Source: Phoronis australis (Eukaryota; Animalia; Phoronida). Taken from it: a stretch of 64,000 nt of DNA. Location: the NCBI GenBank assembly GCA_002633005.1, contig NMRA01000008.1, positions 1,390,584 through 1,454,583 of the forward strand. Direction: 5' to 3'. Of this stretch, positions 10,212 through 24,442 are shown piece after piece. The position numbers were made by a program, and so were the translations under genes. The notes below the pieces were generated by a model. It did no database searches and had not been told where the DNA came from. It saw only the letters and a program-made list of their open reading frames with translations. Position 1 is the stretch's first letter, and every line of letters begins with the position of its first letter.

Positions 10212-13200
10212 CTGTAAAATAACATAAAATACAGAAATTAAAAATGTTTCATTTCAATCATGGTGGTCATCTCAAAGAAACAATCATTTCAGTAAAATGA
10301 TATGAACAATGACTTAGAAGCCCTCAGAGATGATGTCGGGAGTATAGGTTGGCCAATAGACGACTCCTTCTCATTTGTTTCCGTCGGCTATCATGAGCGT
10401 GTTATTAAGTGCAATGCATTGTTCAGGGAGAAAATCTTGACAGATGTCCACAGGTGACGTTATTTAGTTGCCACGATGGCAGCCACACGATTTCCAGCGT
10501 GATGACTTCTTTGGACCCTTTAGCGTTTATATGGAAGCATTGGACTATAGTTTAGACGATAGACACGGCAAACCAGAACCCACAGCTATGAGCCTGTAAC
10601 TTCAAAAATATTTGTGAAGATATTTCTATCGGTTAAACGGCCAAATGCGACTTCCCATGATCTGTGTTGAGCCATAAAAACATTCACCATGACGCAAACG
10701 TGACTACTCGGGTATGCGAAAATGACACCTTCCGCCAATATAGTGCAAAGCAAATGCAATAAGTAACTTAAATTAAACCTTTTGCTTTTTAAGTCATGTA
10801 TCATTCGACCTAACAGCTTCTATTACTTTCGAAACGTATGAGCGAGTTAATTCCGTATTGATAAGGTCAACTCCTTCAACACCAGCTGCACGTGTTAGTC
10901 CTTCAACATGGCCGCTGTGTTCAGACTCGAGAGGTCAGTGCACGTCAAAAACCGCAATATTGTACTGTAGTTCGTTTGATAACAAGGACAATAAATTATT
11001 ACCGAATAATAGGTCATGCTGAGAGTCTCTCTACTGTACCATGAGCGCCCTTTTGTTTTACTTTGCGTATGACTAAGGACAACAAATTTTAAAGCATCCA
11101 TAAATATACTTGAAAGTAATATTCAATCCACGGCAGTCCCGTCGTAAATTAAATTTCACCAATGTCTTGCCAGCTCAGATACGGAAGATGGCGGCGCGAG
11201 TAAACTCGCAAATGGGAATTCACCATATCGGACGCATAATTCATACGAAAGGTCTAGAAAATAGTTCATTCCTGCACATAATGCATTTGGGGGCTCTCGA
11301 GTAGCGATGATAAATAGCGCCTGTTTGACTAGCCCATGAATGGGTTCAATCACTTATAACACGACTTTTATAAAGTTTGCTCACTGACTTGACACGAAAT
11401 AGAAGCATAAAAGGAAAATATTAATCATTCATGCTAGCAAATGTTGATTGCTTTTACTTTTTGCTGGTAGTAGTAAACAAAGCGAACGACTTTTTAGGTG
11501 TTTCAATAACTTTTGTACTCTCTGCCCAGTTGTTTAGTGGCTTGACAAACATTGAATTACTGTCAGGGACACGCAATGGGACTGTTTTCTTTTAATCAGT
11601 CATGACCGATACTAGCGCGTATCGAACCTTTAGCGCTAGTCGTTTTCATCTTGAGGTCGCGGCGTAACGAATGTTGACCGACGGTTTAATGTGACAATTT
11701 TACCATCTTTTTGTGTCACACTGCATTGTCGAAAGTTAAGTATTTAGACGACTTCATACATCTGCGACAAACTTGGTAGTAGCAAAAGATATCTCGTTGT
11801 AGCCACTGGGATACTCAGAAACCTACGTTTAGTCGTTTTATCGATAAGTCTGAATGAGGCTTTCAAATTAAGTCTCCAACTTTTTAATGAATGAACTAGA
11901 TTTTGCATTTGGCGACGCCTTTTTGTTAGCGCTACAGTAACACTAAACCACCAGGGTAACAGATCGCGGAAGGAACGATTTCCCCAGTCTGGGCAACGTT
12001 AGATGCCTGTCACCACACAGACAGTGGGCCGTGTAATAAGCCGCAAATTATCATGATTGGGTAAATTAGACACAGAATGTGTATTAGATGTTCAACCAAT
12101 TGTCGTAACTAAACAATGGTGTGTTTTGGAAGGGTAATTGTGATAAGGCACACAGGTGTGCGATTGTCATACGGTATGAGAATCTGACATTTTTATAGCA
12201 CAATAATGGATGACTAAATAACACAATCTGAGCTAATCAGAACTAGTAGCCGTATTCTAATCTACTTAAAAAAGTAAAGCCTTGTCGAAAACAGCAGACA
12301 ACAAATTCTCACAGTAATCGAAGAACTCTGCGTGCTTTCGGTCAGCAGACTTGTGAAGTTATCGTGATCGCGATTGCAGAGAGTTCGACCTATTAACCTT
12401 CCAACGATTCATTGCTGGTTCAGTCGAAGCCTGAGGCCCCAACAAACCAGATATTTGTGCCATTGTTCACCCCATCTACTGATTACATACCGACGTGGAA
12501 GTTAAGACACAATTGACGTTCCAAGAGCTATTGACCTGCGCAACACAGCATTCAAACAGGCGTAGGATTGTTTTAAAGAGAGACTGAACACTTCGCGAAG
12601 GGCCATATATATATGTATCAAACGACATCTTGATGGACTCTTGAGCAGTTGATAGACCAATAGTGCCCAACTAGCAAACACTAAGGCTGCCAATATCAAA
12701 TATTAATACAAAACTTTTCAATGGTTATCGTGTTTTTTCCAGTCCCATTACAGCTGTGGTTGATTGTCTTTCGGGTGGTCTCGCACTTACTTGCTTACCA
12801 TGCCTATTCAAGAACACGTGTCGGCTTAAATCAAGCTTACAGCTGGCAAAAAGAAAAGGATAAGAAGTATGAGAGGGTAATATCGACCTCCCGGTGAAAT
12901 GTAGAGACGAGGGACAATAGGCAAGTCAGTATAATCGTCCTTGGTCTGGCTACTTACTCTCGCCCGGCCTCTGAGATGAATGGTTACTTATCATTACTTA
13001 ATAGGCCATCGACGTAACTTAATCAAGAAGTGCAACGTCCATAGGGGCAAATGTGTGAAAACGGTTGCTGGCGAAAGAAGCCCCTTCTCCGTTTTACCGT
13101 ATAATCCTCGTGGGACAGACCATCGGCATATTGGTTGAAAAAATGGTAGTCACTGTTAATAACATGTCGCTTTTCACGTCACTGTTATATTTTTGTGTGT

Positions 13201-16200
13201 TTACCATTACAAAATTAAATTTAAATCGTTATTTAATCTTTGTAAATTCGTTAATTATAGTATAGTTAAAATTTTCAAAATGACAGCAATCCAAAAGAAA
13301 TTCGCTTTATTCTAAAAGCATCTTCAGCTATTTCAACATGTAATCGAGTAATGGCCAAGGCTGGTGTCGTTGTCAAGTCGTTGGTTCGTCTACTTTATAT
13401 GGAATTTCCAGATTTCATTTCAAATCATCCTATTTATAAAAAGTCGGATTGAAAAATCACCTTGGCAAAGGTAAATAACTGCGAGACCGGAAGTAGTTTG
13501 GGCACGCTTGGTCACTTCTCAAAATAAGCTATTTTCGAACTTTGATAAGCCCACTCTGCATCAAATAACTAAACTTAGATTGTAGTAGTCGAGCAAGTAA
13601 TTGTTTGTTTCGCGCGATTCCAGTCGTACGATTTGACGCTAGCACGCTGGTGTCCAGTCGTCAAACAACGAGCCTTGAATGACTGTTGGCTATTATTGGT
13701 ATCCGTCTTACTGCTGCTGATTACAGTGAAACAGTAACCCACGTAAACTAAACAAACATGAGATTCAAGTCCGTTTTGTGCGCATCTCAAGAGTTGAGAA
13801 ATCAATTTTAGTTGAAATAATATTTTCAAGTGCGACCCTCTTAGGTTTACACAAAGGCTTTTAGTGTGGCTTCCCCATTTTATATAACAAATAGACAAGT
13901 CACTGTTGTTTAGTTAACTGGGGATCTCACGCTTTCAAAAACGTGAAAAGCAAAATTTTTGTCATAATTTTTTCTTCAATTAATTGACAAACATGCAGCG
14001 AAACGCACCCCAGATGCCTAACGTTGGTGCGATTTTAGCAAGAGCATCGCCTACATATTAGTATAAGAATCGACCAACTTAGACAAAGTGAAAGACCATA
14101 GAACATGTGCTCTGAGACAACACATCGGACGTTATTCAAACCCACACGGCCAGGCATGTTAATTTTTTCAAATGCTAATGTTGCTTTGCACTATGATTTG
14201 CAGGACATTTTAATTCACCAACAGCTCAATTACGAGATTATTTCCTGAAAGTGTCAAGTAGTTACCACTGCTGTATGATCATTAGGATGCGACCGCCATT
14301 AAACAGAAATGTGAAAACTGCAATTAGCCCGCGACAAACTGGGAAGCAATTACGAAGTCTGTGATTTCCCATAGCAAATATTAGTATGTGTTAAAACTTG
14401 GTGCTAGAGAGAGATTGTAGCATGTCGTGTCAACTACGACTAAAATGAATGTCAATAACTGCACAAGCTCGAAAAGGGAGAATTCATCGTCTACACAATC
14501 CCGGAACTGGAAAGAGGAGCCTCCATTTCAAATATGTGATGGCGTCCATGTTGTGCGGATTTGCTGTTCAATTAACTCAAAGAACACAAGAAACAGAAAA
14601 AAAATATTGCGACTTACCCGAATGGTGAGTTTTCCTGTCTTGCTAAAACACAAGTAATAGTTGGTTCGAGGACTCTGTATTCGAATCTCGCCGAATGAAA
14701 TTGTCTTGAAAGAGAGTGTGGCTGAAACGAATAACCCTCCATTAATTTCAGCTTGAGATTTTTTGTGTCACAAGTTGTATCGTGAGGGCTTTCTAAACAA
14801 ATAATCGCCTTTCCGAATCACTAGACCCATTTCCCGAAAGGAGAAATACACTTTTCCGAGTCCCGAAATGAAGTACTCGAAACCCTGAATCAAGCGTCGA
14901 ACGAGATCGCGCAAGTGGATTCAACGATTCGGAAACTTCTTGAGTTCCGCGTTACGGACCCCCCCCCCTCTCCTTCACAAGGGTGACAGAGACTACTCAG
15001 TTCGTAAAGGAGATTCTTTGGCGCCCTCGAGTTACTACGCAATCAGGGGCTATCATAACAACTGTAGAGTAATATCCGGCAGATGAAATGTACTCTCGCA
15101 GGTAAGCCACCACAAAATCGTGGATTTTCACAATTACGTGAAGTGAAAGCTTCCGTCTAAATAGTGCTGGTCAACCGTTGAGTCGACTTTAGAGTTTCGA
15201 TAAAGACAGGAACTTGCGGATTGTAACAGGCACCTACCAGATTTAAAGCTTAACTATGTATAATAAGGCCACTGTGTACGTCAATCAATTCAGAATTTTT
15301 TTACGCGGAATAGTCCGAGTTCAGATTGATTCAGGGACTGAGATCGAGCACAATCGCGACAACAGAAGGCGCGCGCGCGTACAACACTAGGATTTCCGTT
15401 CCATTCTACGGTCTCGTTCACGCAACGACACTAGGCTTGCATTCAGTAACGCTAGGTCCCAGCTAAAATCTAGTCGAAGTCAGGTGTTTTCATTTAAAAC
15501 ACACGGCAATGTCTCACGTAATCCTCGCGAAGTCTTGCTTTTTAGCGAGGTCCTAGTGTTACTGAACGGGAGGCATCTTTGACTGTTCACCTAGTCGTTT
15601 ACAGCAGGTGGCGACTGGAAAAAACCAGCCGCCACCGATCCATGTGAATGTTGCGATGATAGTAGGCCTGCCCAAGGAAAGAGGCTTTTTCCGCAATGAG
15701 GCGTCAGTGGGAAGTAAAAACCAGCCAAATCGAGCCCCAATGAATCGTGCCAAAGTTCACATTCAGACCAGTGCCCAGTGTAATTCTGCGAAGGAAACGA
15801 TATGAGAATTTGTAATTTTCCATGGCGCTTTCCAAAGAGAATCTTAATGTTAAACAGTTGCGGAGATGATGGGTTCTTTTTGAGTCAGGTACGCCAAACA
15901 TGGTCTTAAGGCCCATGAACAGTAACACTGTCATTGAAATAGATCTTATAGGGATCATTCAACACAAGACTTGGCCGAGTTGGCAAGATCGCAATGGTGA
16001 TTTCTTTCATTCACGGAGATTTTGAGACGTTGGGCATTTTCATTTTAATCTTTACAATATCTCACCGCACAAGAATGGCACTTTGATGGCATGGTGGTTG
16101 CAAAAATTTAATAAAAAAACGCTTGGAAATCTCACTGCATCAAATCTCCACCGACTACTTTACCGCCATCTGGCGACAATGGGTATTTCATAATGTCGCC

Positions 16201-19200
16201 AATATATCGGGAAATAGTTATTGTCAGCGTTGTGGTACAAGTGCCGGTTTTACATGACAGTATACAGTAGTTGTCGACCTGGGGTCACCGATTGTGTGTT
16301 AACATGAAATTTATCTCCCCGTCTCTCAGATCAAGTATCTGGACATTCAAACAGATAACGAACCGCGCCTTCTCTAAAAAGCAACTTTCAAATTAGGAAA
16401 TTTGCTGCTTTAAAATCGGTTACACTTTTTTCCTTACTCAAATTAAAAATGTTTCGGACTAGGTCCATTAAGTTAATTGTCACGGCCGGTTAATTTCAGT
16501 CGCCATTGTTGTAATAGTCGTACGCATGCGTTAAGAAAATAGATATTTTAACCACTAGAACATGGTTCACAGAGGCCTTAACCTCAGACCACTAGACGAA
16601 GGTGCGGTATTTCAGTTGCACAACCAGGCGACTCTCAACAAAAAGACCACTGCCTCGACGTTCCGCTTCAGAAGTGACAAATTGGAAACTGAATATAACC
16701 AGTGCATGCTATATCAAACCCAGGTACCGAGCGGACGGCTCCGCGACAAAGAAAGCACTGGGTCGTTCACAGGGGATTACATGAATAGGAAGGGGGGGCA
16801 GAACTGAAGCTCGACCTATACACAGGAATAGCCGACCTACTAACATGCACACGCAACTGGTCCTAAAAACGAGATCGAGTTGTCACGTATCACGAAGGAG
16901 AATCCTGTGACAAGAGTTAGAAGTCGACTGTGTCAATGGCCTCTCATTTCGTGGCCCGTTTTGCTATTTTGCAGTCTGGACTTCACGTTTAGCACGAGCC
17001 TGATTTCTTTTTTCACGTCTGCGTTTTATTTTCCAAGGTCTGCTACATCCGAATGTAGGTCGGATATTCGTGTTGAGGCCCTGATTCATAACCTGAGCAT
17101 TCAAAAATCGATCACGTGAGACAAAATATTTCCAAATTTGTGTAATTTTTCGTTTCGCCAAAAGTTACAGCAACAGCGATGAATAGCATAACGCGAGTCA
17201 CAGATCGAGAAATCCGAGATTTCACGTGGCGAGAAGCAGAAGTACGGTAAACTCCAATGCACTAATTCGAATTTCCCCTCTACGTCCCATAATAAATCGT
17301 ACGGTCATGATACTGACACGGTACAATAAGTAACCGTCAAGATTTACCAGCACACTAATCACAGAGGCACATTATCGTCACAGTAATGTTTCTATGAGCA
17401 TACATATTCATAGGCAGGTCTACCAGAATCAAGGAGAACTGTAGACTGGTTGCTGCCTGTATAACGTTTGTAAATGGAACCGTTTAATAAATACCACTTC
17501 GGATTCACACTCGGGCTTGGCGGAATGTAAAACTTATTGCGGAACCTCGGGCTCACCAACACGTTTCTTTCCCGGTCGGCAACGCCTGTCATCCGCCTCA
17601 AGCCTTCAAAGGGTTTTATTTACTAATAACAAGTATAATCTGCTCATGAAAAAACAATCTTCCCTATAAATCATTTTGAGGGTGAACTCCCATGACAACT
17701 CACTTCCGACAATCTTGATACTCGGAATACCCGTCCCGTACAGGTAGTAAGTAATTAAAATACAAATGTATTAATTAACTAATCAATTAATTAATTTATT
17801 TATTTATATGACGGCAGTCAATTCAAGCAAAGGCGTTGACGAGCGTCACCAACGCAATGTCAGTTTGACTGCTGACCCTATTGCGTCACTTAGCGGGAAA
17901 CCTCACACACGTATATGTATATGTCTTTAGGGTAATGAAGCGTTGCATAAAGTTCCTATTGGAGGCAATATTTTGGCCACTCATTTTTACCGCACAATTA
18001 AAGACCGGAATTAAATAGTATCTTTGTGTGCGGTCTCGCGGACACAAGGTGCAGGGGCAGGCTAGCAGCGAAAATTTACAATACGTATTAACTACGAATA
18101 AACCATTTAAAGAAAAGGTTATCAATGTCAGGTTCTTGAAAGGCGTAAATATAAATAAGATGAAAAGCAACAATGAAAATAAATTTAGTGTATGAATATA
18201 TCCAAACACTGTGTTCGCTGACTCAAAGAGATTGGGATACCCCTAGGCGCATTCCTATTAGAAGATACAGCCTTCGCTTAGTTGAATTGTATTTCTTTAA
18301 AACAACACAATAAAACGCCATTCAAATGTATAGAGCTGCTCGTGCTAATCTGCGGATGATACACTCGCTATGAGACGGGCGTAAAGAAACCCAAAGAAAA
18401 ATAAACCTGGTTTGAATATCAAGTCAATTTGAACACGCATCTCAGATCAGTGAGGTGAACAACTCACAACCAAATGACAGCGTAAGCTGCTTGATATGTT
18501 GTCGACTACTTAAGCAGCGACACAAACAGTGATTTTGAGATTAAGAAGGTGATGCTTTAGAAGTGTCGCGATTCCCACAACTTTCAACAGCTCTCCAGGT
18601 CGTGATTTTTATACCTATCAAGTTATTTGCCCAACGAATTGCCTATTTTCTTCGCGTATTCTCAGTTTGTTCAGTAAATCGACTATTGCGGTCCTCACAT
18701 CTAGGAGCAGATCACCGTGTCGTGTCAAGTTATTTATCCTACAAATCTTTTATTCGACCCTACGAATTCCTAGTTTGCTTTGTCAATCATCTGTTTGTGG
18801 GAGGGGTGTCACAACTACGATCTTACACCCTCTAATAACTCCCCCTGATGGCTGGTTCAGTGCTTTCGCTGTCCCTGCAGGCCCCCAGCCCCGGGTGCAA
18901 CTCACACAGAAGCCGTCACTGAAGACGTCATCATCACACCGGTGAAAGGGCCCTATAATTATGATGAATTAGACCAACTTATGACCAATAAAACTCACCG
19001 CTAAATCCACATTTTATTGACTTCCGACACAGTCTATTACACCATGCAGTCGTCGAAGGGGCAATGGGTGAGAGTTTGACACTCGGCGCTTGTTATAATC
19101 TGAACAGAGGCCAGTTCGCGCACATTGGCGGAGTAGGCACTGACTTAATTAAACCAAGTTGAAGTTTATCTAAAAGAAATGCGTTAAGATACTATGTCTG

Positions 19201-20901
19201 CTTCTTTTCAGTTAAAATCTCCATAAAAGGAATTTGGCGGCAAAGCAATGATGCTATTTCAACAGCTAATCATATGTTGCCAAGTTAGCAAGAATAACAT
19301 GTAAATACGAAAATTTCATAATCGTTTTTGAATTTCTGTTGCATCAATAAAATGACCACTACAGTTAAGGGCGTTGCACTTAAAATTTAAAGAATTGCCA
19401 GTAAAACACGCAAGTACATGCCAGGCTGTTCCTATATTAGTAATGTCTTTTTATGTGTTCCAAACGAATGAAAGTCCAGAAAAGAGCGTTCCTAAAATTT
19501 ACACACTTCAGCTTTTACGGAAGCTGTGAAGCCCATCTGAGTCTGACTTCAAAACTGAAGACTCAGGCAGGAAATGATGTTGTTGCTTTGCTTTAGTTTG
19601 TCAGACGCATTCAAGTCCCTTGGTCAATTCACAAAATTGTAGCATATCACTGTTACGAGGTATTTGCCAATCTACATTGCTCTCACCGGAAACTGTCCTG
19701 GTTTTACGATGACGCTAGGTGGCTGACTGCCAGTGATTACCCCCATGGGACTCGATGGGAGGTAATGGTCAAGAGAAGAGCGAGATGGCCAGTGGTCATC
19801 TTTTAAAATAGACCTAACCAAAATCGATGGTGTGTGGTAGCAAACTGTGTAACATCTGAAGTAAGCAACGCAGGGGAGTAGCGTTTGAATCACGACATGT
19901 TTTTGCAAAAATTATGTATCACCTTTTCACATCAACTTTAGAGAATACTACAACATTTATTTGGTTATGTCTGTATACCTATGAAACTCTTTATCCCGTA
20001 ATAGATCAATAACAAAAATATTTAAAATTATTAGGACACACCAAATCACCACAATACTTTACACAAATATTGTATTTCGAGTCAACGCTAAAATTGAGCC
20101 TTAAGTATTTCTATGGTTCGAAATGTATTGAAATAATTTACCGTAGTAAATTATACTTCCTTTTGAAGTCACTCGGTAAACAAAGTTGTGACAATAGTAG
20201 CTATTTCAATGATAATGTATCGATTTCAAGCAGACCTATAAACACAACGTTGTCGAACGCCTTTGACAATCCAATGACAACAGTTGTGTTTATTGTCCAT
20301 TGACAAAGATCAACTACGTTGCGCGTGTGGTAACGCTTGCATTCATATCACCGTGAACAGACCGTGTTTAATATAAATCATCAACCCATTTACACAATTG
20401 TGTAAGTCAAGATGAAAGACTTTGCAACGCAGGATTCAACTATTCGCCAGTTTAGCGACAACAAAATGAATTCACTTAAAACCAACACGCTGACACAAAT
20501 ACCCGAGGCCCGTGGGACAGGGTTGCACTAAGAAATCAACTTGCGACGTCGCAGAGCAAACAAACCTGCATAATTAAAAGCTTTGAGAGTGTCCTTATTC
20601 AAACAAAATACTAGCCATGTTACGTGCGCAACAAGTGTAAAACTTGACAGCCTTCTTGTCTTTGACGTTTTCTTGTACTTGATAGCACTATTTAATACTT
20701 CTAGTAAAATTTCTCAAAAGGCTTTGAGTTTGTTATTATTAAAAGGAGTTAGACGAGATCCAATGGTGAGACCCAATTCTCTATTTTCTGGACGCTAAAA
20801 CGATGGCAGTAAAGAGTCTTGTCTGTAAAGCGTATATGTTATACTGTTGTAAAGAAAGGGGCTCTAATCTCAATAACAAAAATGGTAATAACACCAATTG
20901 C

Positions 20902-20941
<40 letters not shown>

Positions 20942-23900
20942 GTAATAGTAATAATAGCAGCAACAGGAGCAGTAGTATTAGTAGTAGTAATTACAGTGAT
21001 TTTATGATCATTCTTAATGTTCACAACGTAAATGGGTTTTGCAATGCAAAGAATGAGTAGTATTTTTGGTCAAACGAGAATATACAATCTTCTGTTCTTT
21101 AAAAACAGTAATCTGGAGAAAAATGAGGAGCAGAAGTCTCAGCTGAGATGCTCGCTGTTAAATTGTATCTCAAATGTGTTAGTAGCGGAAAATCGTTATG
21201 CGCCATCCAAATTGACCTCATTTATGTTCGACATATGTCCTCCCATGCGTTCGACTGGCTCTTTCACCCGAGTAAAAGTCCCATCTCTGAAAACTCCTGG
21301 CCTTGTCAACACACCCTGTTGTGCCTGCTTAAGTCAATAACGGCAAAATACCTACGGCTTAAACAGGTGTTTATGTCATCCACCTTTGCATGTAAAACGA
21401 CACAAAACTATAACCTCGATGTTACGTTAACGTTCGCTTGAATGAGTTAGTAAAATGTGGAGAATTTCAAAACGGTAAATAAATTTGATTAGGAAATCGT
21501 GTTGAGCAGGTGTCTGCCCGCGCTTTACGTATGGGTGGCTGGGATGGAAGGCAGTACGGTTTACGTCTGCAATTGCATCAGCAAATATGTAATAGTCGAA
21601 TGGTTCCTCTGAAGGTCTAAGACGGACCCAACCTAACAAGAGTTTAACGGTAAAAATCGTTGATGGCGCACACGCTCAACCCTACTTGCCCATTACTGTT
21701 GACCTGCAGATTGCAGATAAACAAATTACTGTTATGCTTCCTGAAATATTCCAAAGCAAATCCTAAAGATTTGAAGACTGAAGATTAGCGATCTTGAACA
21801 CACGTTGTCTTAAATCTTTTCTCGCGCGCAGTTCAACGACTTGCTGGTGATCAATGAGTCCAAGATCTTATTAGACACTTGTTTCCGTCGGCTTTATCAG
21901 ACAATATCATTACGCGCAATCATTCTGCTATTCACTTCCATATTTTTCACTCATCACTCTTCATTACAAACCCATAACGCTATATATAGGTGACGTTTTA
22001 TCTCGCCTTTCATGAGACATACACACACGCGCGCGCTTATACTCTGCAAACCACTATGGGTGGGTAGCTGCACAAATAACGACTGTTTGTGTTGAGTGTG
22101 GAGGCAAGAAATCTTAAGGGTTTATTAGTACAATGGCAAACAGGAACACTAACCGTGAAAATATCGATACAAAACCAGACGTAAGCTAAATGAAACTAAA
22201 TTAAACTAGTAAAAACAGATCGAAGTCGTGCCGTCAATGAAATATGTAAATGAAACTATGAAAAAGAACGAAACATAACCTTAGCAATCTAAACAATTGA
22301 CTTATATAATGAAATCGCATTAATCATGCTAGTTCTGTTTTTTAAACCAGCCAGAAACCTGTAAATCATATCATTGGATTCACTAATGGCCGCTACTGGG
22401 GACAAGATTTTTAGGGCAATGGATACAAGTGTGATATTACCGCAAAGTAGACCATGGACTCAGGAAAATATCCATGTATTATTTAAGTTTTGTCTTTGGT
22501 TTACAAGAATCGTAAATCAAACAATAAAACGATTATTGTTCTGTAATCTAGGCTGTTATGTCGCTTTCCAGGCCTCGAGAATGCGATAATAACATCCGTG
22601 AGTGTCAACAACTACATAATAACCTTACGGACAATCAAGAATAGAACAATCAAATAAAATAATTCAAATTTTCCGAATCACTCAACGTTGTTTGTTGGAC
22701 AAATGAGAAATGGGTGATTTGAGATTGATTGTCGCAAAAAGCGAGTGAAGGGTTCGTGATACTAGCGTGGGTGTTTCCCCTGGTGTAAATGAGTTTAGTG
22801 CTGAGTAGTGCGAAATGGAATATGACATAAAAATCAGTGCTACATTAAGACATGTACAAGATACAATTTGAACATAGAAGCCATCTTGCGGAAATGACCT
22901 CCGGAAATAACTTCATTGATAATAACAGGTGCAAAGTCATCCGGAAAACCTCGGGTATTTTCGTAGCCTCAAATTGTCCCTGCGACGGGCTTCATGTTTG
23001 CCTACGTGTAAACTTCAGTCAATGCAACAATCAAAAGTGATTTTAGACAGCTAAAACCCTGGCTTTAGCTTAGCGGGTGTCAAAATTCGCCTCGCGACGG
23101 TCAATCCTTAATCACGTGACTTGCTGGAACGAGTGAAGTTCGCACATGCGCCGACGCATAATTTGAGGCTAAGAAAACAACAAAAATGTTCCGAATGGTA
23201 CAAATCAACAAACTACAACTTACCGAGAATACTTTTGGGATCTGTGCCGCGGGCATTAACGGGACTTCTTCTCTTGCCATTCTTCCCTACTATTTGAACA
23301 AGTTTATCACTACACAAATTCGTGAGTTGGTAATCCTTTGTGTTGGAGTCCTTCTCTTCCTCCGAATCCTTTGCACTAGTTTTCCAACCAGCAAAATATT
23401 TGTTAAAGTGGTGCTTTCCTAAAGGACTGTACTCCCTGTCCGACTTCCTATCACTGGCATACACCTAGGACATCAAAGGGGAAATTAAAAAACGGAAGAT
23501 CCATTAGTTTTCTACAGAATGCCAATTTGGTGAAAAATCAACTCTGAAAATGCCCTTAAGGTATCCAACGAGGCAAAACATTGGTACTGAAGCGAACTAT
23601 AAAAATGCGAAGTGGATGAATGACATTTTTAGGCTTCTTGGGTATCTATAGTAACAAATTAATAGCAGTTCAAGTGTTAAGTATATGCGCCTGTTGTTCG
23701 GGTGTCCAATCAATTACGTCAGTCAGCTGGAAGTAAGGATTAGTTAACAATTACGCGACATTGTTGACAGGTGTGATTTTCTTTCTTTTACTCACTGGCA
23801 ATGAGACGTGAGAATGAGGCTTAACGTTACCTTTCAACTGAACTAGCTTGTTTATTTATTTGGTAGTACTTGCTTGCAAGCTCGACAAATTAAGGTGTCG

Positions 23901-24388
23901 TTGGTAAACATTACGGGTCGAGTTCAGCACCGGATTAGTTCTCGTAAATTAGTTGCGAGTACACAACTCTTCGGAGTCAAGTTGGTGAGACAAATCCACT
24001 CACGAAGCTGGTGTTTGTGTGTGCGTGCGCTCGAGTTTGTCACCCTAAGTTGTCGTCAACTTACAGTAACTATTCACCTAATTTTGAAATAACTTCTATT
24101 GAGCAAAATGTAGTTCAGCGTTGAATGAGAATATCAGTTGAATTTAAATTCCATGCTCTTACTTTGCAACGGACTGCATTCGCCAAACCGTTGAGACGTT
24201 TAAGATTGCGTAAGCGGGCCAACGAAATAAGGAAAAAAGATATTGTGGCCAAGCACCGTCTGGTCTGACCCTTCTTATTGAAAAACGAATCCAGGTGACG
24301 CAGCGTTCTTGAACCAATTTAAAGAAAGTTTACTTAACGTACAATTTCCTTATCTAATTACTTAGGAAAAATAGTTGCGGCAACTTAA

Positions 24389-24442
<54 letters not shown>

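Noticed and set aside
20781-21060. Poly-L/I/N ORFs
   Set aside because: Translations of the (AAT)n microsatellite.
23360-23464. FGF8a/b-like alternative splice acceptor within exon 3
   Set aside because: An F-containing segment (HHFNKYF) resembles the FGF8b N-terminal helix, but the in-frame AGs downstream of it lack a polypyrimidine tract.
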